Below, piece by piece: positions 1-13,460 of a stretch of DNA of 64,000 nt. This DNA is from Podospora anserina (Eukaryota): the NCBI GenBank assembly GCA_017654855.1, contig CM030336.1:62001-126000 (forward strand). The letters run 5' to 3'. The position numbers and the translations under genes were made by a program. Each line of letters begins with the position of its first letter. Positions within the stretch are counted from its first letter, which is position 1. Below the pieces are notes generated by a model. It saw only the letters and a program-made list of their open reading frames with translations. It had not been told where the DNA came from and did no database searches.

Positions 1-2500
1 ATATAGTATGTCTCTTCAGGGTATTCCGGATCCCGGATACCTTGCCTGACCTTTAGAACATGGTCCGCAACCTCACCCATGCCCACCCATGAGTCCCGGC
101 AGCTTGGGTGGATATCTCACCAAAATCAAACCACACCCTCCCACGCCAACACACCGGGACGCCCATGTCGGTAAGTCGCCGACCTTGGGCTCCCACTTGG
201 AAACATCAAGGGGTCCTGGGCAGGTGGAGAGGACGGCTCTTGTGACACTCGGGAAGGATGCTCAGTCCATTTCGACCCAATGATAGGAGTGACAAGACCA
301 CTTTCCCCTCCCAGCCGAGTGGTCAACCGTCTTTCCTCCTTGGGATGTTCCCATGTGAATTCCCGTGACCTGAATTTGGGCTTCTACTGGAGTGGAGTGG
401 AGTGGTAGCCGAGACGAAAGAGGGCCCCCCGTTGACGACTGGAGACGCTAGGAAGGGGAATAAAAAGGCGCTTCTTGATGCCTAACAGCTCAACGGTGCC
501 GGTCACCGAGTAGACAGCATACCCTGGCCACAACGTTGAGGATTTCCGCGTTCTTGGGTCTTCCAGGGTGGCTTGCTTGCTTTGTCTGGGTGGTGGCTGT
601 TTCTACCGATTCCGACTTTTGCCCGTGCAGATTCCGCTAGACTGAGTGAGGCCCCAGCGTCAGTAATCGTACACGTGTTGCCCACATCTCGACTCCCTGA
701 CAGCTTGTACCGTGGACTCGCACAGACCAATCGGCCAGCTTGAAAGGCAGGAATTGGTCTGTGAGACCCCCAAATCCAAGCCGGCACGTCCCACGGTTCA
801 CGGTGCGTGCCGCGGAAACTGCCAGTCGGGGCATTGTAGGTACCCTCTTGGATCAAGACACATCAATATTAAGGCACGTTGCCATGTCTCGATTCAAGAC
901 CCAGCGGTGGAAACAACGCACAGCGGTGGCTTGCTCGCCCATTTCGAGCTAGAAATTGCCAATGGCTTCAGAACATTCTGCGCTCAGCCCTTTTTCGCTG
1001 CCTTGCCTGCTGTCTGTTCCTGCTAGCATGACATGTGCTGCAGGAACCAAACAACGAGCGCTGTCCATGCTCAACCGTGCAGGCATCCATCAGAAGCTAT
1101 CCCTGCGGTACTGAAGAGTTTTCAGCCACAATGCCCTACTGAGAGCAAGCTGACGTCGGTCAGGGACGTCTGAGTTGGCCGGGCCCAGCCTACATGCACA
1201 TACTATGTCATCCTCCAACAGTGGGAATGCCAACCGGCATCGAACATGGCACGATTTGTGCAAGATCCAGAGATGTGCGAGACTCGAACCCGACTTTACT
1301 GACTGAGGGTTGAGATGACTGGCTGTCATGCTCTTGCCGAATCACCGTCACACAACTTGAAAACAGCTTGACAGGTGAATCGAGTGATTCTTAAAGAAGA
1401 CCTGATGTTTAAGGGGAAAACAATCGCAGCATAAATCTGTCCATCGCCATAAAACAATTGTTCAGCCATAGACACTTATCCAGATGGGGATACGATCTGC
1501 TTCAGCAGAAAAATGGAAGCGAGACACGACCCCTGAAGAAAACACCAAAGCTGAATTTCCATGCCAAGACACGGCACGCGATCCTTGGCTTCCCGACCCC
1601 AACCAAGAACAACGCCAATCGGCACTGCTCTTAACGCGGTGCTACACGCGGGAAAGAATAAAAAACCACCCCCCATGTACCAGCGCGGCGAGCAATCGAT
1701 CAGTGACATTGTCGCTGGGCCAATGTCTCGGCGGGACTGCCAGAAAGCCCAGTCAGAGAAGAGCAAGCGAGGGCTAGTGGCGAATGATGCTGCAGACACC
1801 AAGGGGCTACTCGGCCATCTGGGAGCGACCACATGCAAGTGCTGTCCAGTCAAAATCCTCAGCACAAAGCGGGCCTCTGGGGGCCATTCACAGGATGCGG
1901 GAGATCGCCCAAGACCATTGGTACCATTGGTTCAGTCTCTGACAGATCTAAATCGTGCTGTTGGGCGGCACGCTCTCGTCCCCCTAAACCGATTCGAACA
2001 CAAGCCTCTCGCAAATACCGGTCTTCCATTTCTCCTGGAGGCGATATGCTGCAGAACCAGCTGTAACAGGCAACTATCGTTGTTGAGCACCGCAAATAAT
2101 CTATGTGACTACAGCACTAACACCACACTAATACTCGAACAAATAGTCTGGGCCGGAGGCTTGCTAAACATTGGATGGAAAGCTAATCTTCATCACAGCC
2201 ATGGGGAAAAAGCAAATACCAATGGCACAAAGAAGATGGACAGAAAACAAGCAGCCTTTCCTCACTCCTCGCCGCCGGTGGGCTTTTCCTCTCCACTGTT
2301 TGCTCACACGGCTGTGGAAGCAGAGGTGTCACGCGGGGAGGCCTTCTTTTGATCACCACCAATCCTTCAACTTCCACCCTTATTTTCGGCCTTGAATACT
2401 GGAGAACTTTTACTCCCTCGTGCTCACTTCTGCCGCTCCTTGGCGTGACAAAATCCGCATTCCACTCGTTTTATCCATTTTCTAGCGCTCACACAAGACC

Positions 2501-3990
2501 ATGTCGAACTCGGGAGCGTGGGGCGAGGCGCCGCCCGGCGTGAACCTGGCGGAAAATCAGAACGGGGATATTATCGGCTCAGTCGTCGGCATCATGGTCC
2601 TCGGGCTCAGCTCCGTCGTTTTGCGGCTTTTTACACGGCTGATAAACAAGGGGCCGGGTCTGGCTGCCGACGACTATGTTATTCTTTTTGCAGCGGTGAG
2701 TACTTGAAAACGAAGAGGACGCCGTGGGGAGCAAGGACAGGCTTTGCTGACCGGCTCACCGTAAATCCAGGTTATGGGCATTGGAACGGCGGTGTGTTGC
2801 CTCATCAGTGTTCCCTGGGGTGGCGGAAAGCATCTTTGGGTGGTCACCCATGAGGAGTTCACCAAGCTGTACCAAACCACCTACGCCTTCGTCATCGTTT
2901 ACATCACCTGCATCTCGGCGACCAAAGTCTCCATCTTGCTATTTTACCGCCGTGTGTTTGGGACAAACGTGATTTGGTACATCGTCTTTGGCTTCACCTG
3001 TGCCCATTGGGCAGAAGTGACCATCACATGGCTCGCAGGGTGCAGGCCCATCGACTACTACTGGCGTCAGTATACCGACCCAACGGCCACGGGATCATGT
3101 ATCGACGCACCGTTGTTTTACTTTTGCAACGGCATCATCGGATTGGTGATTGATGTGGCCATTCTTTTGGTGCCGATTCCCACAGGTATGTTCCCATTGT
3201 TTCCACTCGCCCGGTGACTCTCACATGGATCTCAGCTTGGCTCTCCGGAAGTCCTGACACGGTATCCCATGCTAACCACCAAAACCCATCACAGTTTGGA
3301 AGCTCAACATGCCCACCACCAAAAAGGTGTTTGTAGGCGGAATCCTTCTCCTCGGCGGCTTGTGCGTGAATTTCTGTCTTCACCCCCTCCCCATGCCCCT
3401 GTTCCGGCCACCCTTCGGTATCCGTGCTGTGTCTCGGTCACGCCGACCCCTTCCCCTCAGCTTGACTGTAACCTTGTTTGACCTTGCCACTGATGCCTTA
3501 CCATAGTGTGTGCGTGGCCTCGGCCATCCGAATCGTCATGATGGACCAGCTCGTCAAGTCCCCAGACTTCACGTGGGCCATGTCCAAAGTCTTCATCTGG
3601 TCCTGCTGCGAGCCATTCATCGGCATTGTCTGCGCTTGCCTCCCCACCTATGCACCCTTGGTCAGACGCTGGTGGAGGGGTGAGCTGTCGGGATACCCGG
3701 ACACGCCCAAAGTGTACATGTCGGATAAGCCCAGTCCGTCCAAGGCTGGCCACAAGATCAGCGGTAGGAAGCACCACGGGGGGCTGGATGCAACTCTGCG
3801 AGGGGACGACGAAATCGAGCTGACGGTGGACATCTCGGGCGAGCCGGGGCATCATCTACCGGGACACCAGCGACAGGGTGACTCGAGAGACTCGTCAAAG
3901 ACCTGTGTAAACGGGAAGGGCAGTCCAGAGGACTCATATCAGAATGAGATCATGGTGAGGAAGGATTTTTCATGGAGCAGCAGTGTCTAA
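2501..3990 (+). CDS. PTH11-like integral membrane protein (fungal rhodopsin domain), 4 exons
   Basis: Motifs LRLFTR..GLAADDY, KVSILLFYRRVF, DVAILLVPIP, WS..EP.IGIVCACLP. GT-AG introns at about 2696-2770, 3186-3294 and 3362-3506 join the ORF pieces. Confidence 0.9.
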
Positions 3991-4438
3991 GGCTAGGCAC
4001 AGTTGAGGAGTTTGAAAGGGTGGAATGGATAATGGGAGGAGGGACCGGCGTTCTTTAATGGAGGAGGTTTTTCTTGACACTTTTTCACTTCGGCGTACAC
4101 AAAGTTAGACATGGCCACTACAGGCCTCTCATCAAGCAGAGCATTCAACACAGCCATTCTCTTCTACAAAGTTCGGTGTGATCCCATATTCAGCAGGCTC
4201 CGGGAAGCCACACGGGCCATCCGAGTGGTTGAGAGTAGAGCTTCAACCGCTGACCAGTGCTAGCCAGGATCACATGTCGCGGTCAACTGAGCAAGGGTGT
4301 CCTTTGAGGCTCAAGTCCTGTGACACACGGTAGATGCAGGATTCATGACGTAAACAAAAAGAACAGACTGCTTCATTTCGTTTTCTATCCTCGACCGTTC
4401 ATTCCCAAGAGATCGTCTTTTACCAACTCCACGATATT

Positions 4439-5183
4439 CTAAATCATGACTTCAAAATTTGGCTTGTCCTTTGCTCCCTGAAACCACTCCCAGGTCTTGG
4501 CCGCGATGCGAGTCGGATTTCTCACTTCGTCCTCCGGTGCAACCTGACCAGCAACGTTGATCACACCAATATGCACGCCCTCGGGTGTATACGACAGATT
4601 CAAGCTTTGCACAAGATTCCTCTGAGCGGCCTTGACCAAGGACAGGTTGAAGAGCTGAGGGATTGGGTGATGCGGCAGGGCAGAGCTCGTCACGATGAGC
4701 GCAGGCCGGCTTGAAGTACCCGCTTTGGCCAGCGACACAAGGTGTGGTATATACCGCTGTGAGACAATGTACAGAGCGCTGACATTGATCTTGGGAGCCG
4801 TTAGCAACTTGCCATTACCGTTCCCGCGCAGCGCGACTCACCTTGAAGTCGTACTCGACATCCTCGACGGGATGGGTCAATAGCGCCGATGGGAGAACAC
4901 GAGCGGCGTTGTAAAACACCACGTCAGGTTTGCCAAAGGCGGCATCGGCGTCGTCGAGTGCTTGGAGGAGGGAGTGCGTGTGTGTGACATCGACCGCGTA
5001 TGTCCTAACATTTATCTGGCTGCTGACAGTGTTCAGGACGGCTTTTTTCTCTTCTTCGAGTTGCTCGGCGCGTCTGGCAATCAAGACCACATTGTTGTAC
5101 CGCTTCGAGGCAAACAGCGTGGCCACCGACCGGCCAATACCAGGCCCAGAGCCAAGCACGAGGAGAGTTCTGCCAGGAGACAT
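4439..5183 (-). CDS. Short-chain dehydrogenase/reductase
   Basis: LVLGSGPGIG Rossmann motif, VFYNAA, LSLVKAAQRNLV. One intron at about 4790-4841 (GTGAG..GCTAAC..AAG). Confidence 0.88.
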
Positions 5184-5691
5184 GTCGACCGTGTTGTGGG
5201 TGGTTGAAGAAGAATGATAATACAAATTGGGAGGATCGATGTCTCAAGAGAAACCATATAAGTACCTACCGGGTCCAAGAGGCTCCTGAAGATCGGTATT
5301 TGAGGGACTGAAATTGTGCATCATGATTGCTTCTTCCTCCCAAAATGGGCTAGGTGACCAAGGTCGCTGCGGATGAGGGGCTCGGCGACTCCAGGCCTTT
5401 CCCTTTTGGTTTGCTGCAAGCGCCTTCAGATGTGAGCTTCACCACGTCGTTGGCTCAATGCTGCATGACCCTGCATGCATACAATCTCCCGATACGGTCT
5501 CAGCTCGCAACCAGCTTGACCGCTATCCGACTCTGCGTTCCTGGAACACACTGTGCCGTCTGCACCGAACGCTGCCCGGCCAGCGTCGCGGACGCCGAGA
5601 AACGGCCCTCACATCCATTCCACATGGTCCCGAGACAGGCCCAGATCTCCACATGAAATTTGGGAGAGCGCAAGACGGGACTGTTTACATA

Positions 5692-7382
5692 CTAACACTC
5701 TTCCTCGCCAGCAGAATGATAATGCAAACCTCTAGTCTCTTCGGGCACTCCCGAGCTCAGCTCCATGCTTGGTTTGGTGACAAACATCAGTGCCCCGATA
5801 GCAACAGCGACAAGACTAGCGACATAAAACCACGGCAGCCCGATCCAGAATCCCGACTTTTTCATGCCTACATTGAAGCACCAAGCTAGTACTGGTCCGC
5901 CTATCAGCGCGCCGCCAGTCTCGAGCATGCTAATCACGGCGTACAGCCTCGACGTGTGCTGGGGGTCAACATAAGCCGTCGAAATAGCCCGGCCAAGTGG
6001 CGCGCTGCCCGACCCAAGGGTATGAATGGTCAGGCCAATGAGGAACACTGCTATTCCTGTGCTGAACCCCTGGACGAGAGCTCCTGTCGCCATGAGAGCC
6101 AGTGACACCCTTGTCAGCACGAGATCCTTTGTGAAGATGGAAACCCCATATCTGCCCGTCGGATCGGTAATCAGCTTTCCTACACGAGGCAGCACAACCA
6201 GGACAACCAAGTGAAGGATGCCCAGTGGGGGCGTAAGCAGGTAACTGGTCTCGGCCAGCGTCCAGCCAAAGTATTTACTGACATGCTGGGCAAGGGTTGT
6301 CGAATATGCAGCAAAGATGGCAGGCTGTATGAGGAAGAGTGCCAAAGAGCTCAACAGCTGCCTATTCTTCAGCAGGGACAAAGAAACCCCAAACTCGTTC
6401 ATCGCGTGTCGGAGCTTTTTCGGGAGTGACTGTCGTCCTCGCTGTGCCGCTTCTTTCAGCTGGACGGGCAAGGTTTCGGGAAGGAAGAGCAAGGCGCCGA
6501 AGATGAAGGGAGTGAGAGCAAAGACGAGGGCAATGGGACACCAAGGACCGATGGTTTGCATGAGAATTCCGGCCAGGAACGGGCCTACCAAGGTTCCTGA
6601 CACAGCGCCAAAGGAAAGATATAAGAAGCCAGTAGCTCTGAAGGTCGGTCAGTGGCAGGCAGAACATGGGCTTGGGATCTACTCACCTATCACTTTCTGT
6701 ACTGACGTCGGATGCCATTGCATTGAGCGAGTTCATGGCGACGGGGACGCCTCCGCCGATTAGAAAGAACAGACAGCCCATCACAACGAGGTACATGTTG
6801 GGTGCCACCCCAAAAAACAATAAGAGTGGCCCCCATCCAAATCCAATGATGATGCCAACATAGGCGAGGGCAAATGTAGGCTTACGGCCAATTCTAGATT
6901 CATGTTGTTAAATTGAGTAGTCAAGACATCTCTGATCAGGCTGCGTACCGATCGGCGAGAACACCATATGGCAAAGCCGCCACAACACCAACCAGCGAAT
7001 TGATCATGGCTGAGATACCACCAAGCAAAGCAAGCTCCTTCTGCACGCCGTCGACTTTGCACATGTGCTCGTCGATAGGCTCGGAAGGGTCTTTGTCGTA
7101 ATAAAGATGGCAAAAAGCATCTTCGAGAAGACGGAACATCGGAATCATGTACATCATGCCGCTGGTGACAATGGCAAACGTGAGCAGGGAGAGCAGCAAG
7201 ATGATGCTACCGGAGCTTTGGACCTGGAAACGCGCTATGATTCTGTGCCATTGTGGGGGCTGCTGTTCTGGCTTTGAGCGTGTGTGTTGATGGTAGATAG
7301 CATCGGCTGCCTGCTCATCTTCAAGACTCAGCAAGGGCTCTGCTTCGATGAACTCGGGATTGGTGCTGCTAATGGTCGGCAT
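5692..7382 (-). CDS. MFS transporter
   Basis: Many hydrophobic helices, PYGVLADR motif A-like segment, FLPETL. Introns near 6890-6947 and 6640-6686 (boundaries approximate). Confidence 0.85.
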
Positions 7383-8068
7383 GGCGTTTTGTGGTGTTTA
7401 CCCGCGCAACTCGACAGGCCATAACAAAGCAGGAATTGTAAGTAGAGCAAATCAACAAAAGTCCTTCTGAAAAAGCCGTCATAAATATGGAAGACGACGT
7501 TGCCAATTCCACTCCTGAACAAGCTGACGAGGCAATCAAGCTAATCTTCATGGGTCAGGGCTGGTTAAACGCAATATGCGGGATACGAAACACGATGCCA
7601 AGCCGCCTGAGGTCTTAACATGCTCTCTTACAATAGAATTGTCCAACTGTTAGGGCACTTCAGCCCTCTAATCTTGGCTGTCTTGGCGGCCACCAGCTCC
7701 GCCATGGGCCCACATGCCATGATCACAGGGTGGGTGGGGTTGACGGGAGCTGATGATCCTTGGGATGGAATCAACCGTCTGAGCCTCAAGAGCTCGACCT
7801 GTGAGGGTTCTGTGCCTCCCGCCGGGCGCGTGTTGGTGTCATGCTCGACGTGTCTTGTCTATATGACTGGTCATTATTCCTGCCCGATCCAAGCGTCCCA
7901 CCGCCCGACAGGCAGCTGTGAGATGGCTGTTGCATGTGGCTATGAAGGGCTGCTGGCTGACCACCCTTCGCGGCGCACAGTCTGCCTGCTTTAAAGCCGT
8001 CTTTCTTGCTGTTCATTTTTGCCATCTAAAACCTGTCTCATGCAGCTGGCAAAACCTCAACAGGAACC

Positions 8069-9541
8069 ATGTACTCCGAATCCAAAGACCGCGTTGCGCA
8101 TCGCGGAAACTCGCCGTTTGTCCTCGGCGCTATGTCGTCGGCCCTCGTTGAGACCAACAATGAAACGCAGGTTCGACCATACACACCCGCAGGGCAGGCA
8201 GCGAACAGATATGCCACGCCAAAGTTCCAGGGTCAAAACACCACCTCTTATTCTGACATGGTCGAATCTCACAACGACGAGCCGCTTCACCAGCGACTCT
8301 CCACAGCCCAAGATACTCCCCACGACAAGGGCCCGAAATTTCTCGACTGGGTGCATTTCGAAGAAGCTACTCTTCCTCCGCGAGAAACCGCCCGAAAGTC
8401 CCGTCTCGAAAAGATATTCACCCCGCTCAACTCGGTCAAAGCCGAACTCCCTGGCCACGTCAGCATTGAAGGCTTCGGTGGCATCGCCGAGACGACTCAC
8501 AACCTCTTCCGCTCTGTCAAAAAAGACGATTTCATGCGATCTGAGCGCATCATCCACCTCCCCAAATCGGCCGTCGATAAGGCATCCAAACGGGAGCTTG
8601 AAAGACTGGAGAATGAGCTCTTTGACCTGACAAAGTACAACGGGGATAGCTGTGACTACCTAACCGTTGTCACTTGGGCCGAGGAGGGGATGTCGGGCAC
8701 CGTTACCCTCTTCAGAGTCATTTTCGAGGGCGAAGACGAGATAATTGGGCTCCAGCCTGTAGCGGCGATGCAAAACGTCCCCAACCCTGTGCTGGTGAAA
8801 ATGAGAACCCACGAGAGGATCCAGAGAAAAGCGGTATTTGTACCAGCTGACAAGGAAGCGGAAACGTTCAAATGGACGGCAACTTCGGCGCATTCGAGGG
8901 GGAGAAAGCCGTCTTATGTCAGGCTTGAAGGTGGCAACAGTGACGACCGACGGCCCGTTTCACCTGCATTGAGGGATCTTCGATCATCCAGCCATAGCCG
9001 AAGCCGTAGCCGTCATGGTGCGCTGGCGGACGCAGATGGGGTTCGTGCTACAGTACCGCAATTTGTAGCTTTGATGCACGGACATAGAGCCTTGTTGGAG
9101 GAAGTCGAGTCGAGCAGCACGAGGCAGGTGACAACAGCAGACGGTGAGGCTCTGCCAGCTGTCACTCTGCTCAAACGCCCACGGTCGAACCCGCACGAGG
9201 GAGACAGTGCACATGTGGCTGTTTTGGTTCCAGATCAGGCTGCCTGGGCTGACAGGGAGATGCTCTGGATCGGTGAGGGTATTCTGGAGCTGCGGAAAAG
9301 AAAATACTGGGGCCTCATTGAGCGGCCGAGAAGCCGGAGCAGGAATAGAAGCAGAAGCAGGAGCAGAAATAGAAGTCGGGACCAAAGTCGAAGTCGAAGG
9401 CCAGAAACCCATTCACGCCATTCCAGTGGGGGTCACGCCCGTCGGCGAAGTCGTAGCCGCAGCCGCAGTCGGAGCCGAAGTCGCTATGGTCACGACTCGA
9501 GGAGTCGTAGCAGACACCTTGCACTGGACTCTTTTCTATAG
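8069..9541 (+). CDS. Hypothetical protein with C-terminal Arg/Ser (RS) repeats
   Basis: 490-aa open frame with (RS)n tracts at about 9325-9510. No recognised globular domain; start uncertain. Confidence 0.7.
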   Translation: MYSESKDRVAHRGNSPFVLGAMSSALVETNNETQVRPYTPAGQAANRYATPKFQGQNTTSYSDMVESHNDEPLHQRLSTAQDTPHDKGPKFLDWVHFEEATLPPRETARKSRLEKIFTPLNSVKAELPGHVSIEGFGGIAETTHNLFRSVKKDDFMRSERIIHLPKSAVDKASKRELERLENELFDLTKYNGDSCDYLTVVTWAEEGMSGTVTLFRVIFEGEDEIIGLQPVAAMQNVPNPVLVKMRTHERIQRKAVFVPADKEAETFKWTATSAHSRGRKPSYVRLEGGNSDDRRPVSPALRDLRSSSHSRSRSRHGALADADGVRATVPQFVALMHGHRALLEEVESSSTRQVTTADGEALPAVTLLKRPRSNPHEGDSAHVAVLVPDQAAWADREMLWIGEGILELRKRKYWGLIERPRSRSRNRSRSRSRNRSRDQSRSRRPETHSRHSSGGHARRRSRSRSRSRSRSRYGHDSRSRSRHLALDSFL

Positions 9542-9682
9542 GGGGCGTGCTGTTTAATTTGGTACCCCGTCATCAATGATGTTTCAAAATTGGTCATGAC
9601 GATAGTTTATTAGACTGTCAGGGCTAAGATCGTAGATCAGTCACCTGATAGGATGCTCAGATCCAGAAAAGCAAACCGAGTA

Positions 9683-11632
9683 TTACTCATTATCATTCAT
9701 GAACCTCTGGAGCCATCGATTCCGCCCGGTAAAGCTTCTGAATTTCTTGCCAAAGATCCTAAAAGACCAAAGATTAGCATTTGTTCCACAAGGGATAAAG
9801 CAGAACTACTTACCATAGTGGGATTGTCAACAAAGTGACAAAGACAAACAGCGCCCCGAGGATACAAAACACAACAAGCGGACCCTGCTGTTGCAGCCAC
9901 CCATTGACAAAGTAGGTCAAGCCAAATGTCAACAGATTCCTAGTATTGATGGCCACAAATGCCTCTTCGTTCAGTTCACGGTAACTGTCCACAATGTATC
10001 CAAACACACAGGTGGCGGCAAACACCAAGCTCATGTTGGCCAGCCCAAAGCACAGCACTGGACCCGACCAATGTGTTTGGTACTCAACAGAGGCGCCAAA
10101 TCCAAAAAATCCAACAACTCCCGTTATCAGAGAAACGGCCATGAGAGGGAGACGAAACTCTGGCTCGTAGATTCCCCTGTTTTTCTTGGTGAGGTAGATG
10201 CAGATCCAATCGTTAAGAGGACCTGAAATGAGCTCGCCGATGATGGTCAAGATGAACGGGGATAAGCTGATCAGGCCGGTCTGACTGATGGTGAAGTTGT
10301 ATGGAGGGTTCACAAAAATGACTGCGTTCACGACGGAAAAAACGACAATCCAAGTGATGACAGTTCCTGAATATCGTGAGTGGGGCTGACAACTCAGGGG
10401 TTCAGGGGCTCAGGGGCAATCCAAAAGGGCCCACTCACCGTATACTAGGAATCCCCAAAACACAGCTGGATAAAACAACAATACCACAGGTCTCACAAAC
10501 GGCTTCCACCCCGGAGCTCGAGAGTACCGCCCAGTATAGACCCTCAACGACTCCCAATAAGTATGTTTTCTCTCGGCCGCTTCCAACCTTGCCTGTTCGG
10601 TGACATTCGACCCATGTCCTCCCTCAGTAAAAGAAGAAACATGCTGCAACTGGACCTCATGCTCCCTCCCCAGCCTCATCTTCCTCACACTGTCCTCTTC
10701 TGTTTCTTCTTTCCCCTTTGCCACAGGCACAGGAACAACCGCGTCCCTCCTATAGGCCGTCTCCGGTACTGCAAAAATAACACCCAACCCCAAAACCCCA
10801 AACAGAATCGCGCACACCCCAAACGTCCATTGGTACCCCTCCCGCTCGATTATATACCCAGCCACCAACGCGCCCCCGCTGATTCCCGTCAGCAAAAATA
10901 AATTCCACACCGCAATCCTCGTCGCCCGCTCGTGAACAAAGTACAAGTCTCCAATTGTGCACTGTACCAAGACCTCATAAGGTGCCATGCCGATACCCGC
11001 AATAATTCTACTTGCCAGAAAGGAGTCGTATTCCTTGACTGCAGCGCCCCAGATGCAAGTAATGAACATGATGAGGATGGCAACGAGGTAGACGGGTCGG
11101 CGGCCGATGATTTTGGCTAAGGGGTTGGTGATGAACAACCCGAGGCCTATGCAGAGGATGAGCCAGGCGGTAGACTGGGCGAGGACGTCAAGGGTAATGT
11201 CAAGGTTGTGGGCTATTTCGACAAAGCCGGGGGACAGCATGGGGCCGTAGGCTCCGACGACGGCGGCGGAGAGGGAGGTAATTAGGAGGATGAGTTCCTT
11301 TCGCCATTGTGGCCACTGGTCCGGTGTGTGTTAGATGAGGGGGAGGAACAGGGCAGAGGAAGCTGGACGTACGTTGAGGGGGTCGTTGGGGCTGTCAGAT
11401 GGCTGAGGGACGAGAATCACGTTTTTGTAGCGGCCGGTGCCGTGTTTCAGTTGATCTCGTGGTATGTAGGCAAATTCGGGAGGGAGGTCATCTTGGTCAG
11501 ACATGAAAGCTGTGGGCAATTCCCACGTTAGTTGGCCTAGGTATCCCAGTGGTGGTTTTGGTTTCGCAGAGAATGCTTACCCGTGCCAGGCACGACTTCC
11601 ATCTTTTTACAGTCCAGTATTCCGAAAGGCAT
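9683..11632 (-). CDS. MFS transporter, HOL1-like (DHA1 family), multi-exon
   Basis: Spliced product MPFGILDCKKMEVVPGT..ILVPQPSDSPNDPLN..GRRPVY..IGDLYFVHERA..YEPEFRL..W/IFGKKFRS. Several GT-AG introns. Confidence 0.88.
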
Positions 11633-12379
11633 GTTGGCATACAGTACTGCGACTTGTGAAGCCGCAGCTGTAGGGGAAGAGGAAAAGCTGAGCAGTGTAG
11701 AGTAGCGGCAAGCAGTTAAAATAGTCCACCCTGTGGTCGAACCTTGGGTCTGAGCGGGGAAGGCACGCGGATATGGGATGGAAACAACAAAATGGACGAC
11801 GACGACGTGAAGCGCAGACCCGGAAATTCTGAACCGCGCGCCAATCTCCCCACATTGAGGAGACGATCGGTCCCTGAAGGCAGGTTGAAAGCACTCGTCA
11901 ACACAAACAAATACTCTTTTCCCTTCTCCTGTCCCATCCTAACATCCTGCTATACCTACTTCCCTCCACAGACTTCCCCACACGAAGCACGACCCCGGTG
12001 TAACGCTTCATGAATTTGTTACCATGCCCGCTACCTATGCAATAAACATTCGGAAAAATGCAGGTTAAAATCAAAGTCTCGCGGCATCCAAAAGCTCCTA
12101 ACCATGGCTGACGCTATTCTACACCCCTTGCACCAACGACCCGCCGGCAAAAAAATGATGTCGGTACTCCGTAATCTTTGCTTTGTCCCATCCTGCACAG
12201 TTCTCCAACTTGACTCCAGATTAATTACATGCGGGGAACGAAATTGTGTGTGGCAAGCGGCAGTTGGGGTGGTGCCAAGGTGTGGCTTGAAACATGTGTC
12301 TGGGTTGGGTAACATTTAGAGCAAATATGGACAGTGCTATGTAGAATCAATGAAGATCTTGGGATAAAGAGGTACAATT

Positions 12380-13460
12380 TAAGTGCAGCCAGCCATGTGA
12401 AAAGTTCTACAGCAATGATTCCTCCAGATGCAAAATACGCAGAGGGCGTGCGTTCCCAATCGATCGACTGCGCACACTCCCACAGCAGCTCGTCGAAGGC
12501 AGCTTAAAGTATCCTTTTGGAGAGGAGACGCTCTGGGTATGTGTCGTTTGGCTTTACAGAGTTGAGCTCGTAGCTTAGTGAGCGGGTGAGACAGCAACCG
12601 CTGACTGTATCTGGAGAGGAGGTGACAGAGAGGGTACCTCAAACGGGTCGTTTTCGTAAACGTCTTGCATCTTGGCTGCCTCGCGCTCACAGTGAATGCA
12701 GTCATTCTGAATGATGCAGAGGACGTCGATCCAATATATTCAAGGACCTTTACTAGGTACTGTGTGAACCCGATAACTTCCCGGATGGTCTTTAGAATGC
12801 CATCCCAGCATGTCCATCTAAGCCCGTCCACCTAGGTAGCTTTGGTCGTAGTAAGTGTCTGCGATAAGCCCCAGCAGTAGCTCAGCGCAATATTCGGTCG
12901 AAGCTGGCTGTTGTGTCTCAAACCCAACTTCGATCACCCGAGTACTAGATACCTAGGTAACGGAGCAAGAGTGTTCATTCCGCACTCGGTATGCAGTGAT
13001 GCCGGATTTGATGGGGTTAGCTAAATGAGACAGTTCTGCGGCTTTTCACGCTGTTAGTGAGGAAAATATCATCAAACCCATAATAGGCTCATCTCCAATC
13101 GTTTTGAATATCTCTATGTAATAATACCTGTGGTCACCATCGAACTGGTACTGTATCGCCAAATGAGTCATCCCCAGACCACGACGTAACCGTTGTCGCC
13201 GATTTTAAGGAATTCTCCGTCAAATGCCTCCAGTGGCTCGATGATAACCCAGTCTTAATCGCTGCATACCACGGCTGTCTCGCAGAGCTGGTCAAGGTAG
13301 GTGTGAAGGGTCAAAGTCGTCTGGCGTTGTGATGGCACGTCGAGCCATTCGCCATCCTCGTCGGCACATGGTGGATCGTTTGGCATTCAGGTCCGTCGTA
13401 GGTAGGAATGGAATCAATCCATGTCAAACATGGCATACATAAATGAAGCAGTAAAAGCTC
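12380..13460 (-). pseudogene. Degenerate HET-domain (heterokaryon incompatibility) gene
   Basis: Motifs in collinear order but in different frames: STRVIEVG, ALSYCWG (12868-12888), LKTIREVI, YWIDVLCIIQND..EREAAKMQDVYEN (about 12660-12736), ERLLSKRIL..ELLWEC (about 12475-12535). Interrupted by stops and frameshifts. Confidence 0.85.

Noticed and set aside
1-2400. Several ORFs including 263 aa at 1561-2352
   Set aside because: No motifs, atypical composition and no splice model. Treated as intergenic.
2501-11632. Receptor-SDR-MFS group as a secondary metabolite cluster
   Set aside because: No backbone enzyme (PKS, NRPS, terpene cyclase) or pathway transcription factor is present in the window.
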